A stretch of DNA of 64,000 nucleotides from Mobula hypostoma (Eukaryota), in contig NC_086107.1 in NCBI RefSeq assembly GCF_963921235.1, positions 100,690,001 through 100,754,000 of the forward strand. Direction: 5' to 3'. Under the pieces are notes generated by a model. The model ran no database searches. It saw only the letters and a program-made list of their open reading frames with translations, and had not been told where the DNA came from. Of this stretch, positions 23,771 to 35,082 are shown in pieces; position 1 is the stretch's first letter; each line of letters opens with the position of its first letter. Made by a program: the position numbers and the translations under genes.

Positions 23771-24499
23771 ACTCCAACTCCTTAGATTCCCTTTATATGC
23801 AAGTGTCTTCAAAGTTCAAAGTAAGTTTATTATCAAAGTGCATATGAGGTCTTAGTCAGGGTCGACCATGGATGTGGTGTCCTAGCTATCTAGATATGCA
23901 AGCCTGGGCAGTATGATATGGAGAGCAGGCTGTTGCCCATGTAGCAAACTCCCCCTCTCCACGTATCTGAAGAACCCAAAGGAACGGCAGAGACCGATGC
24001 AGTTTGGCACCAACAGTGTCGCAGAAGTTGCTAGTCAGCATTGAACTCAACGTAGGACTGCCTTAGGGACTTCAGCTCCTGAATTTTCCCTCTGGCTTTA
24101 CTCCTAAAGCCTTCCCCGTGAAGGCAGCGGAGGTTTGAGATCAGAGATATCCCTCTAGATGAGCTGCAACCAAGGCTGATGAGCCCCGTCTGCCCAGAGT
24201 GACTGGTTTTAAGACCCCAGTAACCCACCTTTGCCCCTTCTTCTGTCAGCAGAAACGGTTCTGCTGGGCTTAGTAGCTAAGCCACACGTGAAGTCCAGGA
24301 GCTGGACTTGGATGTCAGAGGCTATTTGAATTACACGCCATTGGGGCATTTAATAGGTTGTCTCCACTACCGCCCCCATCTATAACAATCTTAATGAACC
24401 AAAAGTATATACATGTCGCTGTATTCAACCCTGAGATTTATACTGTTGTGGAGATTCACAGTAAATACAAAGAAACACAATAAACTCAATGAAACGCTG

Positions 24500-25150
24500 A
24501 ACAAGATGGATAAACGATACCCCTCTGGTTCAAGAGCTTGATTGTTGAGGGATAATAATTGTCCCTGAAGCTGCTGGTATGACTCCTGTACCACCTCCCT
24601 GATGGCAGCAGCAAGAAGAGTTCATGACCTGGATGGTGGGGGGGGGGGGGTCCTTGATGAATGTTGCTTTCCTGCGACAGCATTCCTTGTAGATATTCTT
24701 CAGTGGTGGGGAGGGTTTTACTCATAATGGACTTGACTGTATCCACTAACTTTCTGCTCAAGGGCATTGGAGTTTCCACGTCAGGATGTGATTCAGTCAG
24801 TATACTGTCCACCGCGCATCTACAATCAACAGAAGTTCAACAAGGTTTTAGATGACATGCGGAATCTTCACAAATTACTGAGAAAATAGTGTCACTGCCA
24901 GGCTTTCTTTATAATGGCACTTACATGCTGGGCCCAGGACTGACCCACTGTAATAATAATGTCAAGGAATATAAAGTTTCTGACCCTCTCCACCTCTGAT
25001 CCCTCAAAGAGGACTGACTCATGGACCTCCAGTTACCTCCTGTAGTTAATAATTGGCTCCTTGGTCTTGTTAACACTGAGTGGGAGGTAGTGGTTGTGGA
25101 GGATGTGTTATTGCCAGTCCGAACTGACTGGGTTTGCAAGTGAGGAAATT
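24500..25150 (-). mobile_element. Decayed Rex1/L2-type LINE fragment
   Basis: Minus frames QSVRTGNNTSS and HHPGHELFLLLPSGRWYRS..SFRDNYYPSTIKLLN. Confidence 0.7.
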
Positions 25151-25699
25151 GACCCCGATCAGAGTCACGTGAAGTCACAGGAGCAGGTGATGGATATTCA
25201 TATGAGCAGCTGCTGCATATCACAAGTCCTGGTTTTGCGACCACTGACGCCAGGCAGACAATCTCTGAAGAGTATTGATAATGGCTGGGGTCACCTGTCT
25301 TGTAAAGATGCTGCCCAGAAGAAGGCAATGGCAAACCTCTTCTGTAGGAAAATTTTCCAAGAATAATCATAGTCGTAAGACCATGATTGACCATATCATG
25401 TGACACGGCACATCACGAACAAATGAATATTAGACTTTGGATTGGATGACTGCTGCTGCTGCTGATCATGAGACAATAAAATGAGAATAATTGAGAATAA
25501 ACTGCAGCCAAATTGACAGTTTTTTTCAGAGGCTCAAAAATAAAAGTTTGTTGAGAAGTTTATCGAATGACTGATACCTAAGATCCATGCTCATTGTAAG
25601 GGACAGCATCAGATTCCTTCAAAAACACTGGATTCCAGTTAATTGAGCCATCAGTTAAATTGGGGAAACTGTTTATTTGGGACAACTCTGAAGGAAGAA

Positions 25700-26672
25700 A
25701 CACAAACTTCCTATCCATATTCACCATGGAATAGGATCTTGATGGAGAATTCATGATGAGGGGGATGAGCTTCTAAATTATGTTATTTAAAAAGGGCTAT
25801 TAGTTGTCTTGGTGGGTTTAGATGCCAGGGTCTGATAAGATGTATCCCAGACTGTGAAAGGAGGCAAGGGAGGAGATTGCTGGGGCCTTCACTGAATATT
25901 TTAAATCTTTCCTGGCTACAGAGGAGCTGTCAGATGATTGGAGGACAGCAAATGTGGTCACTTTATTGAAGAGCATTAGAGATAAGCCAGGTGATTACCA
26001 ATCCATGAGTCTAATGTCAGTTGTAGGAAAATTATTGGAAATCTTTCTGAGGGGCAGGATTAATCTGCACTTAGAAAAAGTTAGGGTGGTGTGGGTCAGT
26101 TTGAACAATCTGACTGAAATCTTCAAAGGGGAAACCAAATGTATTGATGAGGGCTACATGGAGTGTAGCAAGGCCTGTGATAGGTTGTTATGTGGGAGAT
26201 AGTTTTTTTGGTTTAGGTTTAGAGATGGAGCTTGGTTACAGGCCCTTCAGGCCTAAGGAGCCCGCAGCACCCAATTCCACTCGTGACCAATTAACTTACT
26301 AACCCATACGTCTTTGGAATGTGAGAGGAAGCTAGAGTACCCAGAGGAATCCCACATGATCACGGATCACAGTATTTTAGAAATATCTAGACAAAAGCTG
26401 AAATCCCTATTGTGTATGAGGCTAAAGACCAAGTGTCCAAATAGGATTCGTATAGATGGGTACTTGGTATGAGCGTGGTGGGCCGAAAGGCATATGACTG
26501 TTGGGCTTTTACTTCTAGCGGACTTTCTTTGATTAATAAGGGCATCAAAGGTTACGGAAAGAAGACAAGAGAATAGGCTTGAGAGGGAAAATAAACCAGC
26601 CATGACTGAATGGTGGGGGAGACTCAATGGGCTGAATGGCCTCATTCTGCTCCTGTGTATTATGGTCTTATA
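25700..26672 (+). mobile_element. Decayed CR1 LINE fragments, interrupted by a SINE (~26215-26370)
   Basis: DKPGDYQSMSLMSVVGKLLE motif and a CR1-type 3' tail gggctgaatggcctcattctgctcct. Confidence 0.7.
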
Positions 26673-27811
26673 ATTCAAAACAATTTTTAAAAAATGTTCT
26701 TGTATCTTTTGTTTCTGTTTTCAAAAACAATCTGGTTGATGTTGTTACTGATCATAATTGGATCAGTTTCCTATGAAACTGTACTCTAGTTTGTGAGTGT
26801 AATCTCTGAAGTTGTAGTTGCTGAGCCAACAGAAACCAACAGTTTACATAACTGATTAGGTTGGTTTTGTTGGTTTGTTTGTATCACAAACAGGCCTGGC
26901 ACATAACTTGTTGCTAGGGAATGATGTTCCATAGTCGTGCCCATCGTGACAAGATGGTAAGCGTCATCAGAGGCCCCAGCTGCTTGACGAAGCCCAAAGG
27001 TCTCCTCATTCACCATTCCTAATGCGTTCACGACTGAGGGTGCCGTGTACACATCTCATTAAAGGGTATGGCCACTTTGCCTCTGACTCTTCCCTAGCCA
27101 GGAGATTAAATTCACTGCCTGATTTTTGGTATGCAGTGTATACATTTAGTGCTGAAAGGGGAGTGTGATGAATAAAAAACAGACCTGTGGGAATTCAGTT
27201 TGTAAAGATTCACACATCAAAAAGAATGGCTGTGATACTTTTTGCTCCTTGCTCAGGCTGTTGATGGGGCAATGTAAATGCTCTATCCTGTGGGATAAAG
27301 AAAGGGTATTGTAATATTTCACGACACTGGTTAGATTTTAGTTTTCAGTTTATTCTAGATTTGGGTTTGCTCTCACTATGGTTCCATTGTTTCATTTCCA
27401 ACCAGAGTAAACAACTTGCATTTGAGGTCTAAACAGGTTGTCTGACATCATGTTGTTGTGCATTGAAGCTTGACGTATTTCTTTTTAAATAAGGATGCAT
27501 GTTACTGCAAAGATAACAGCATTCAGGAGGACACTGGATTTGCTTCTGTTTGAGTTTCGTATCTCCTTGTGATATGGGCGGCTCTTTGGCCCATCAGGCA
27601 TGATAGCACCCAAATCAATCCCATCCTTCACTTGCTTCTCTAACCTTTTCTCATTCCACTGTGTAGTTTTTTTTTCTTACCACCCACCTGCTTAGGGACA
27701 GGTTGCAATAGCCACATCTTTGATATTTGGCAGGAAACTGGAGAAAGCCACGTCTCACAAGAAAACTGGGAAACTCCATTTAAATAAAAAAAACTGCAGG
27801 TCAGGATTGAA

Positions 27812-28005
27812 CACTGGAAAAACTCAGTAGGTCAGGCAGCACCTATAGAGAGAAATAAACAGTAGGCTTTTTGGGGCGAGACCGTTCATCAGGACTCAAA
27901 GTCAGCTGTTTATTTCCCTTCATAGATGCTGTTTAACTTACTATGCTCCCAGCATTTTGTGTGTGTCAATCCATATTTTCAGCATCTGTGGTCTTGCTTG
28001 TGTCT
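27812..28005. mobile_element. Hammerhead-bearing fold-back repeat (decayed)
   Basis: Inverted arms around ggggcgagaccgttcatcaggact. Confidence 0.65.
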
Positions 28006-29299
28006 CAGGTCAAGGTTGAACTGTCTTCAGTGAAGCTGTGAGTCGGCAGCAGTACCACCTACTCCACTCTACTGTCCCAGCACCTTATCTGCTCCAAATA
28101 TTTACTCTCTGCACCCAGCTCTTCTCTTGGCATTGGCTCCTTATTCAGCCATGTCAAAGTTTATGCTGCTCCGCAAAACATTGCCGTGTTTCACCAGTGG
28201 CTCCTTGGCCATTGGTTTCACTTTAAGTACTTGTTTTCTAATTCTTTCACGATTTTATAGCTCATCAGCTCTGTAATCTCCCCTAGGCCTTCCACCCTTA
28301 GATCTAAAGGAATTTTTCTTTCCTGACCTTAATCACTTCCATTGTAACACATGCCATCAATTTTAAGGACACACCCTCTTTAAAAATGTCTCTACCTTTT
28401 GTATTTTTTCTCCACAGTATCTTGTGTCTACAATCACTAGTCAGGACTATGATTCTTCATTTACTGGATATGTGCAGCTCCAGTAACTCAAGAAACTCAA
28501 CATTATGCGTGTCGAAGCAGTCTGCTTGTTTCTTTTATCATCTAAATCGTAGAACACTCTGTGTAATAGTACCTTCATTAGATGGACTGCATTGTTTTAA
28601 GGTGATGGATCATCATTGCCTTTTCTAAGGCAATTAGAAATGGATAATAAATTCGGAGCTTATGAGCAATGCTTACATCAAAAGAATATAATTTTAAAAA
28701 AATGATTATTGTCTGCCTTAGTAATGTAGAAAGGAGACAAGCAGACATCCACACTTGTATTTCATGTCCTCAAGAAATCCCAGAACGAATAAATACTTTT
28801 AAACTGCTCTGTCATTTAGGTCTTCAATGTAATGTCAGAATTGTGGCAGCCATCTTGCATCCGGTGAATTTCAACAGATACCTATATGGTGATGATCAAA
28901 TATTCTGTTTGTGTGCTTGATTTGAGGAATAACTATTGGGCAGGATAGCAAGAAGAACTTGGATCACATAGGAGCAAGTGTCTCACAAGCTATCTTGGGG
29001 AATGTGCTTTTAGATTGTTTCGTAATGAGTGGTCACTAAAGAATTTGGACCTTTCGGACCATTATTGTAGGTTAATTACGACAGACTCCTTTTGCTTTTT
29101 ATTTTTATTGCCTATGTTGAGCTAACACAAGAGTTAACCAGTGCTTTTATATATTTTATATATGTCCAATCACTCTTGTTCATTGAAATGGCTGTTATGG
29201 CTTTTTAAGATCAGTATTTCTCATCCTTATCTTTGGTCCAAATTCATCATTATTTTGTGTTAAGGTGATCAAATCTGTGGTACATCTTAGAGCACAGTG

Positions 29300-29570
29300 A
29301 AGTTCCCTTCAACTGTTGTTTGTCAGAACTCTACCATGGATGGTTCCAGGCCTGGCTGCGAAAGGAGGGTTGGAAATGGGGCTGGCAAACCCATCCCATA
29401 AAAAACCCATTGCTACAAAAACACTAACAGAAGCTCCAAAGACCTCACCCCTGGAAGAGGTTGGCTACACCAAGAAGATGAGTTACACCAGGAGCCATCT
29501 TGAAAGGATGGCCCAGAACAGAGGACCCTGGAGAGCTACTGTTGGCCACCTATGCCCTAGTAGGGTTTGT
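29300..29570 (+). mobile_element. Short RTE-related repeat with a twister-ribozyme-like head
   Basis: The head ggttccaggcctgg..ggagggttggaaatggggctggcaaacccatcccataaaaaa resembles RTE 5' leaders. The 3' part translates LERMAQNRGPWRATVGHLCPS, like an RTE ORF C-terminus. Confidence 0.55.
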
Positions 29571-29786
29571 AAACGCAGTCTCTATATTTAGACCTTCAGT
29601 TCACACTGTTCTCTAGGTAGTCAAATTACTGGTTAGTGTTCTTCCCAGTGGGGTTGAACTAGCATGGGATAGGGAAGTACCTGGAACTGATTCTATTCAG
29701 ATCGTATTGATTTGTTCATAATGTAAAAACAACAACATTTCATGTGTCGTTCTCACTCTGAGAACTTGGCCATGCAGCGAAACTCT

Positions 29787-30601
29787 TGTAATGCCCTGGT
29801 TAAGATTTCTACTGCTATGTTGTAGGTATTTCATTTTAGCAATTTTCTACAAAAGTGTTGTGTCCTCCTGGTAGAATGTTTTGGCTTCAGCTATAGAGAT
29901 AGGAGTCCTGCTGTTCCACTTAAGAATGTTGTGTCAGCCAAGTAGGAAAAAGTTCTAGAGAGTTTGGTGATGGACAGTGTGGTTCGCGGGTCGTTTTGGC
30001 TGGGAGCTGTGGAGAGGACAGGAGGGAAGATGGCTGAGAATGCCGTGGGAGGAAGTGTTCCTGTTGCACAGAGTGCTTTGTGCAGATGAGTGGCTCCAAG
30101 GAAGAAGGGCCGATACTCCAGAGACAGAGCCCGTTTGTTTGAGGTGGATTTTGTGTGAAGTTCGGAATGTGTGTGCTTTGATGCAGACCGTGGGTTCAGC
30201 ATGTGAGTAAAAAGATAACTGCAGGATGAGCTCCAACTTCATGTGCGCATTTGGACTGGTTTAACTATAATGGGTCTTTATTTTCTTATCTCCTTCCTAC
30301 TAACTGTTTGCGATATAGCTGAAATTTGTAAATATACTTCCTTTTTAATTTTATGCGGTGCATGTCCTGTTATTTCTTGCCAACCGACAATTGTATATGG
30401 GCAGTATTTACAGAGCTTTGCTCAAATTGAGGTTTCTTTAATCGGAACATCACAACGTTCCTGTTTGTTTGAACCCCAATCATATCGATTCTCGATGCGC
30501 ATTGTTTATGAAAGCTGGCCTTCTCGCCTCTGAATCCCATGGTTGTTAGCAGGGCCAGCTAAAGAGCCGAGTTTGCTTACCAGCCCGGTGACGGGGTTAC
30601 G
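29787..30601 (+). mobile_element. Solo LTR (Gypsy-like)
   Basis: TGTAATGCCC...GGGGTTACG termini (terminal A appears mutated) with a 4-bp duplication CTCT (29783-29786 / 30602-30605). Orientation is tentative. Confidence 0.7.
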
Positions 30602-30945
30602 CTCTCTTTAAGTACTTCATGTTTACCTGAGTATTACATCTTCTGAGGTTGCAGTTTATTTCTGTGCTTTGTAATATAACGGTGGTACTCGGGCAGTCCC
30701 AGGGCGCCAAGAGTGATTAACTTTGTTTGGTTCTGAGGTGGCTGAAGAATCCATAGACTCCATCACAAGTGAGCATTAAGTGTCAGTAAAGTAATAAGTT
30801 GCACAAGAGCTCATATATTCACCTGACTGAGACTCTCATTTTTTAGTGTTTTACTGCAAGTTCTTTCTCCCATTTTTAATTGGTTGAGAGCCAGGAATTT
30901 CCATGAATTGATGAAATGTTTGCTGTATCCTCCTGATCATCATTG

Positions 30946-31150
30946 GGGGGTGGTATGGTAGCGTAGTTGTTAGCTCGTTGCTCTACGACGATCAACAATG
31001 GGGTTTCAGTTCCTACTGCCATTTCCAAAGGAGTTTGTATGTGCTCTCTGTGACTGCGCAGGTTTCCTCCAGGAGTTTGTTTCCTTCCACATTCCAAAGG
31101 CGTACGGTTAAGGTTGGTGAGTTGTGGGCATACTCTGTTGGCGCCAGAGG
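30946..31150 (+). mobile_element. tRNA-derived V-SINE-like element
   Basis: ggtggtatggtagcgtagttgttagc A-box; V-domain ggtttcctccaggagtttgtttccttccacattccaaaggcgt. Confidence 0.7.
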
Positions 31151-31155
31151 TTCAC

Positions 31156-32130
31156 TATATATTAATGACTTGGATGAGGGAATTAAATGCAGCATCTCCA
31201 AGTTTGCGGATGACACGAAGCTGGGTGGCAGTGTTAGCAGTGAGGAGGATGCTAAGAGGATGCAGGGTGACTTGGATAGGTTGGGTGAGTGGGCAAACTC
31301 ATGGCAGATGCAATTTAATGTGGATAAATGTGAAGTTATCCACTTTGGTGGCAAAAATAGGAAAACAGATTATTATCTGAATGGTGGCCGATTAGGAAAA
31401 GGGGAGGTGCAACGAGACCTGGGTGTCATTATACACCAGTCATTGAAAGTGGGCATGCAGGTACAGCAGGCGGTGAAAAAGGCGAATGGTATGCTGGCAT
31501 TTATAGCGAGAGGATTCGAGTACAGGAGCAGGGAGGTACTACTGCAATTGTGCAAGGCCTTGGTGAGACCACACCTGGAGTATTGTGTGCAGTTTTGGTC
31601 CCCTAATCTGAGGAAAGACATCTTTGCCATAGAGGGAGTACAAAGAAGGTTCACCAGATTGATTCCTGGGATGGCAGGACTTTCATATGAAGAAAGACTG
31701 GATGAACTGGGCTTGTACTCGTTGGAATTTAGAAGATTGAGGGGGGATCTGATTGAAACGTATAAGATCCTAAAGGGATTGGACAGGCTAGATGCAGGAA
31801 GACTGTTCCCGATGTTGGGGAAGTCCAGAACGAGGGGTCACAGTTTGAGGATAGAGGGGAAGCCTTTTAGGACCGAGATTAGGAAAAACTTCTTCACACA
31901 GAGAGTGGTGAATCTGTGGAATTCTCTGCCACAGCAAACTGTTGAGGCCAGTTCATTGGCTATGTTTAAGAGGGAGTTAGATATGGCCCTTGTGGCTACA
32001 GGGGTCAGGGGGTATGGAGGGAAGGCTGGGGCAGGGTTCTGAGTTGGATGATCAGCCATGATCATAATAAATGGCTCGAAGGGCTGAATGGCCTACTCCT
32101 GCACCTATTTTCTATGTTTCTATGTTTCTA
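31156..32130 (+). mobile_element. Young 5'-truncated CR1 LINE (RT C-terminal part, open frame)
   Basis: Nearly identical to 55826-56802; YINDLDEG..FADDTKLGG..; (ttctatgt)n tail. Confidence 0.95.
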
Positions 32131-33197
32131 ACACAGAAACATCATAGTGCAGTGTACCAGCATGGAAGCTACATATGAGGCCCCGCGGACTTCACTAATG
32201 TCAGGGTTAGAAAGATTGCAAACCTCGTAAGGAAAGAGAATGTCAAGTTAACTGCAGTAGAGCTATGGCTTGGTGAAATGCTTGGAACAGGACTTAATAG
32301 TTCTGCATTTTCCAACATAAATCATTCATGTTGATCCTTAAATTACAACAGGATGATATCTAGCATGTAATAGAGTCCTTTTAGTTATGCTCCATGTTGC
32401 TTCTCTTGTGTTTTCCAGGTAACCAGCTGGTTCATAGGCCAGCTGCAGTTACTAGATCTTGTAGACTAGAAAATGAAATCCAACTTGATGCACTGAGAGG
32501 GTGCTGCATTGTCGGAGATACTAGCCTTTGGTTGAGAATTTAAAATCAGGGCTCCTGTGTTCCTGATGGATGTGAAGTGTTGCATAGTACTATTTTGAAG
32601 AAGGCTGGTGGAATGCACCCCATTATCCTGACCATCTAAATAATCCCTTCATCACCATCATCTGAAGGGCTGATGTTCTCATTGCATTAAAAGTTTTATT
32701 TTCAATTAAGCTCTTCAGAGTTGATCTGAGGATATTAAGGGTAGAGTAGAGTGAAAAGTCTTTCAGAAAGGGAAAGGTCTGTAATCAGAATCACGTTTCA
32801 TATCACCGGCATGTGTCATGAAATTTGTTAATGTGTGGCGACACTTGGCGGGCTGCCCCTAACCTGGGTGTGTTGGTTGTTAATGCAAATGACGTCTTTC
32901 ACTTTTTTGATGTACATGTGATAAATAAACTTGTATTTTGAATCAAAGCTTCCAAGGATGCTTATAAGATGTGGATTATAGAGATCAAAGTACAGCTTGA
33001 GTGTAATAGCCCATCATGAGAGAAGATTACCCTGGAATATGATCATGACAATGACAGTTTACTTGCAAACAATCATCCATGCAATCAGATCTGTAAGATA
33101 TTTACTAAGTATTAGATATGACATGACTGAATAGCTGTGTCTCTGTAATCTTTTAATCACTTTAAGCCAGTTTCTTTGCGCTTTCTTTTTTTAATAG

Positions 33198-33282
33198 AAC
33201 AAGCAACAGATGGATCTTTGCAGTCAGAGGATTGGGGCCTCAACATGGAGATATGTGATATTATCAATGAGACGGAAGATGG
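33198..33282 (+). CDS. TOM1: TOM1 coding exon 2 ([29 protein letters not shown], 85 nt)
   Basis: Pyrimidine tract and AG at 33196-33197; GTGAGT donor at 33283; phase-compatible with exons 1 and 3; VHS motif [24 protein letters not shown]. Confidence 0.95.
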
Positions 33283-34809
33283 GTGAGTGTAATATAGCAT
33301 GGCGTTCAAAGGCTGTTAGTTCTATGCAACATCCCATAGATTTATTAAAATATTTATGAAGATTAAGATGTGGAATGCTTTCACCATCTAGGCCATGTTC
33401 TCTTCTCACTGCTGCTATCAGAATCATAACCCACACTACTAGGTTCAGGAACAGCTATTACCCCTCAGCCATCAGGAACTTGAACCAATGGGGATAACTT
33501 CAAACCACTTCACTTGCCCCATCACTGAACTGTTCTCATAACCTATAGACTCACCTTCAAGAACTCTTCCTCTCATGTTCTTGATATTTATTGCTTCTTA
33601 TTATTATTATTTCTTTTTGTATTTGCAGTTTGTTGTTTTTTTGCACATTGTTGATGATTGCCCTGTTGGTAGTCTTTTGCTGATCCTGTTGTGTTTCTTG
33701 TACTTGCTGTGAATGCCCACAAGAAGATGAATCTCAGGGTTGTATATAGTGATGTATGTATTTTGATAATAAATTTACTTTGGACTTTGTGTTGTGCTTG
33801 TGTAAGGCCTTGTAGATTGAATGGAGCCTAGTATGCCATCCAGTTATAGACAGATGTGAAATTCACACCAATAGGAATTTCACTTAACTAAATTTTGTTG
33901 TTATTGGAACCTATTAGAAAAAAATGCTTTCCCCATGGTGAGGGTATTAAGACTTGCAAACTGCTTGCTGTATCTAGTGCAGTTCTTTAATTTGATTCCT
34001 TAACCTAAATTTTCCAATTTTCATTTTGAGCTTGTGAGAACTTCCCTTTCCACGAAATCTGTAGAGGGAGATGAGAGTTATTTAATTATGCATTGGGCTT
34101 TGATGTTATTTTGAACTTTGTTTATCCCTATTGGAATGTCCCTTTGGACCATTGTATTTTGATCTAGCGTAACAAACAGCCTGTTTATTCTACAGAGGAA
34201 TGCACCTCTGATCACGCTTCGTAATTTCCAGTCAGTTTTGACCAGGCATAGAAAAAGAATGCATCCAAATGAGTTATCAACAAAATACAAATCTTCATAA
34301 TCAATCACATAAAATTTGTTACTGTGTACATGATTCTTCTTGTACCTAGTCCCAGGTTTGTCCATCCTCTTGGGTTGATGAATCTACTATAGAATAGTCA
34401 TCAATTTCTGGTACTTTCTGAAGATATGACATATGGAAAACATCTTTATTGTACTAACAACCCTTATTGGGAGCTAACTACCAGTTGATAATTGCCTTCT
34501 GGTGGAAAATCAATTTTTTACTAAATATCCTACAGATGAAGACTACCCCAAGTGCCAATCAAGCAAGATTAAGCCTCAGCACCATTTGACATACTGACCT
34601 ATGAGTAATGCTGTTGAACTGAGAAATGAAAGTCATTGAAATATCTTTCCATGGTGAATAATTTGGATTTCACTTTGGACAGAAGATGTCTGAGGAGATG
34701 ATAGACCAGTGGGCAAATATAGACTTCTGTTGCCTGCCTGCCACACTTCTCTACAGTAGTCAGTTTTCAGAAATGCATCAAAGCTGTTGTCCTTTTCTCT
34801 CCATTTCCA

Positions 34810-34966
34810 TTTCTTACCTGGCAGGGGAGAGTCCATGATCATTAAGGTGGTTCTCCCAGGATGAGGCTATCCCATCGCACTTCGGGTGTGCTGGCACTTG
34901 TGATGTCCCAAAATGCGGGATGCTCGACTGCAAAATTTGTGGTAGTGGGGGACTGCGTTCATGCTT
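34810..34966 (+). pseudogene. RNU1: U1 snRNA retrocopy / pseudogene (slightly 3'-truncated)
   Basis: cttacctggcaggggaga..ccatgatca..aaggtggtt.tcccagg..gaggct..cca.cgcact.cgg.tgtgctg...ctcgactgca.aatttgtggtagtgggggactgcgttc is colinear with U1 and keeps the Sm site AATTTGTG. The U1-70K and U1A loops are mutated and the final ~8 nt are missing. Confidence 0.92.
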
Positions 34967-35082
34967 AAATTTATTTGTGACATCGATAGGATGCAGAACT
35001 GGGCTGAGAAGTGGCACATGGACTTCAACCCAGATGAGTGTGAAGTGGTTAATTTCGGTAGGTCAAATTTGAAGACAATATA

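Noticed and set aside
30978..32042. 354-aa ORF as a host gene
   Set aside because: It is a chance in-frame fusion of SINE sequence with a truncated CR1 RT.
34810..34966. Functional U1 snRNA gene
   Set aside because: The 5' end and protein-binding loops are altered, the 3' stem is incomplete, no promoter or 3' box is recognisable, and it is fused to a LINE.
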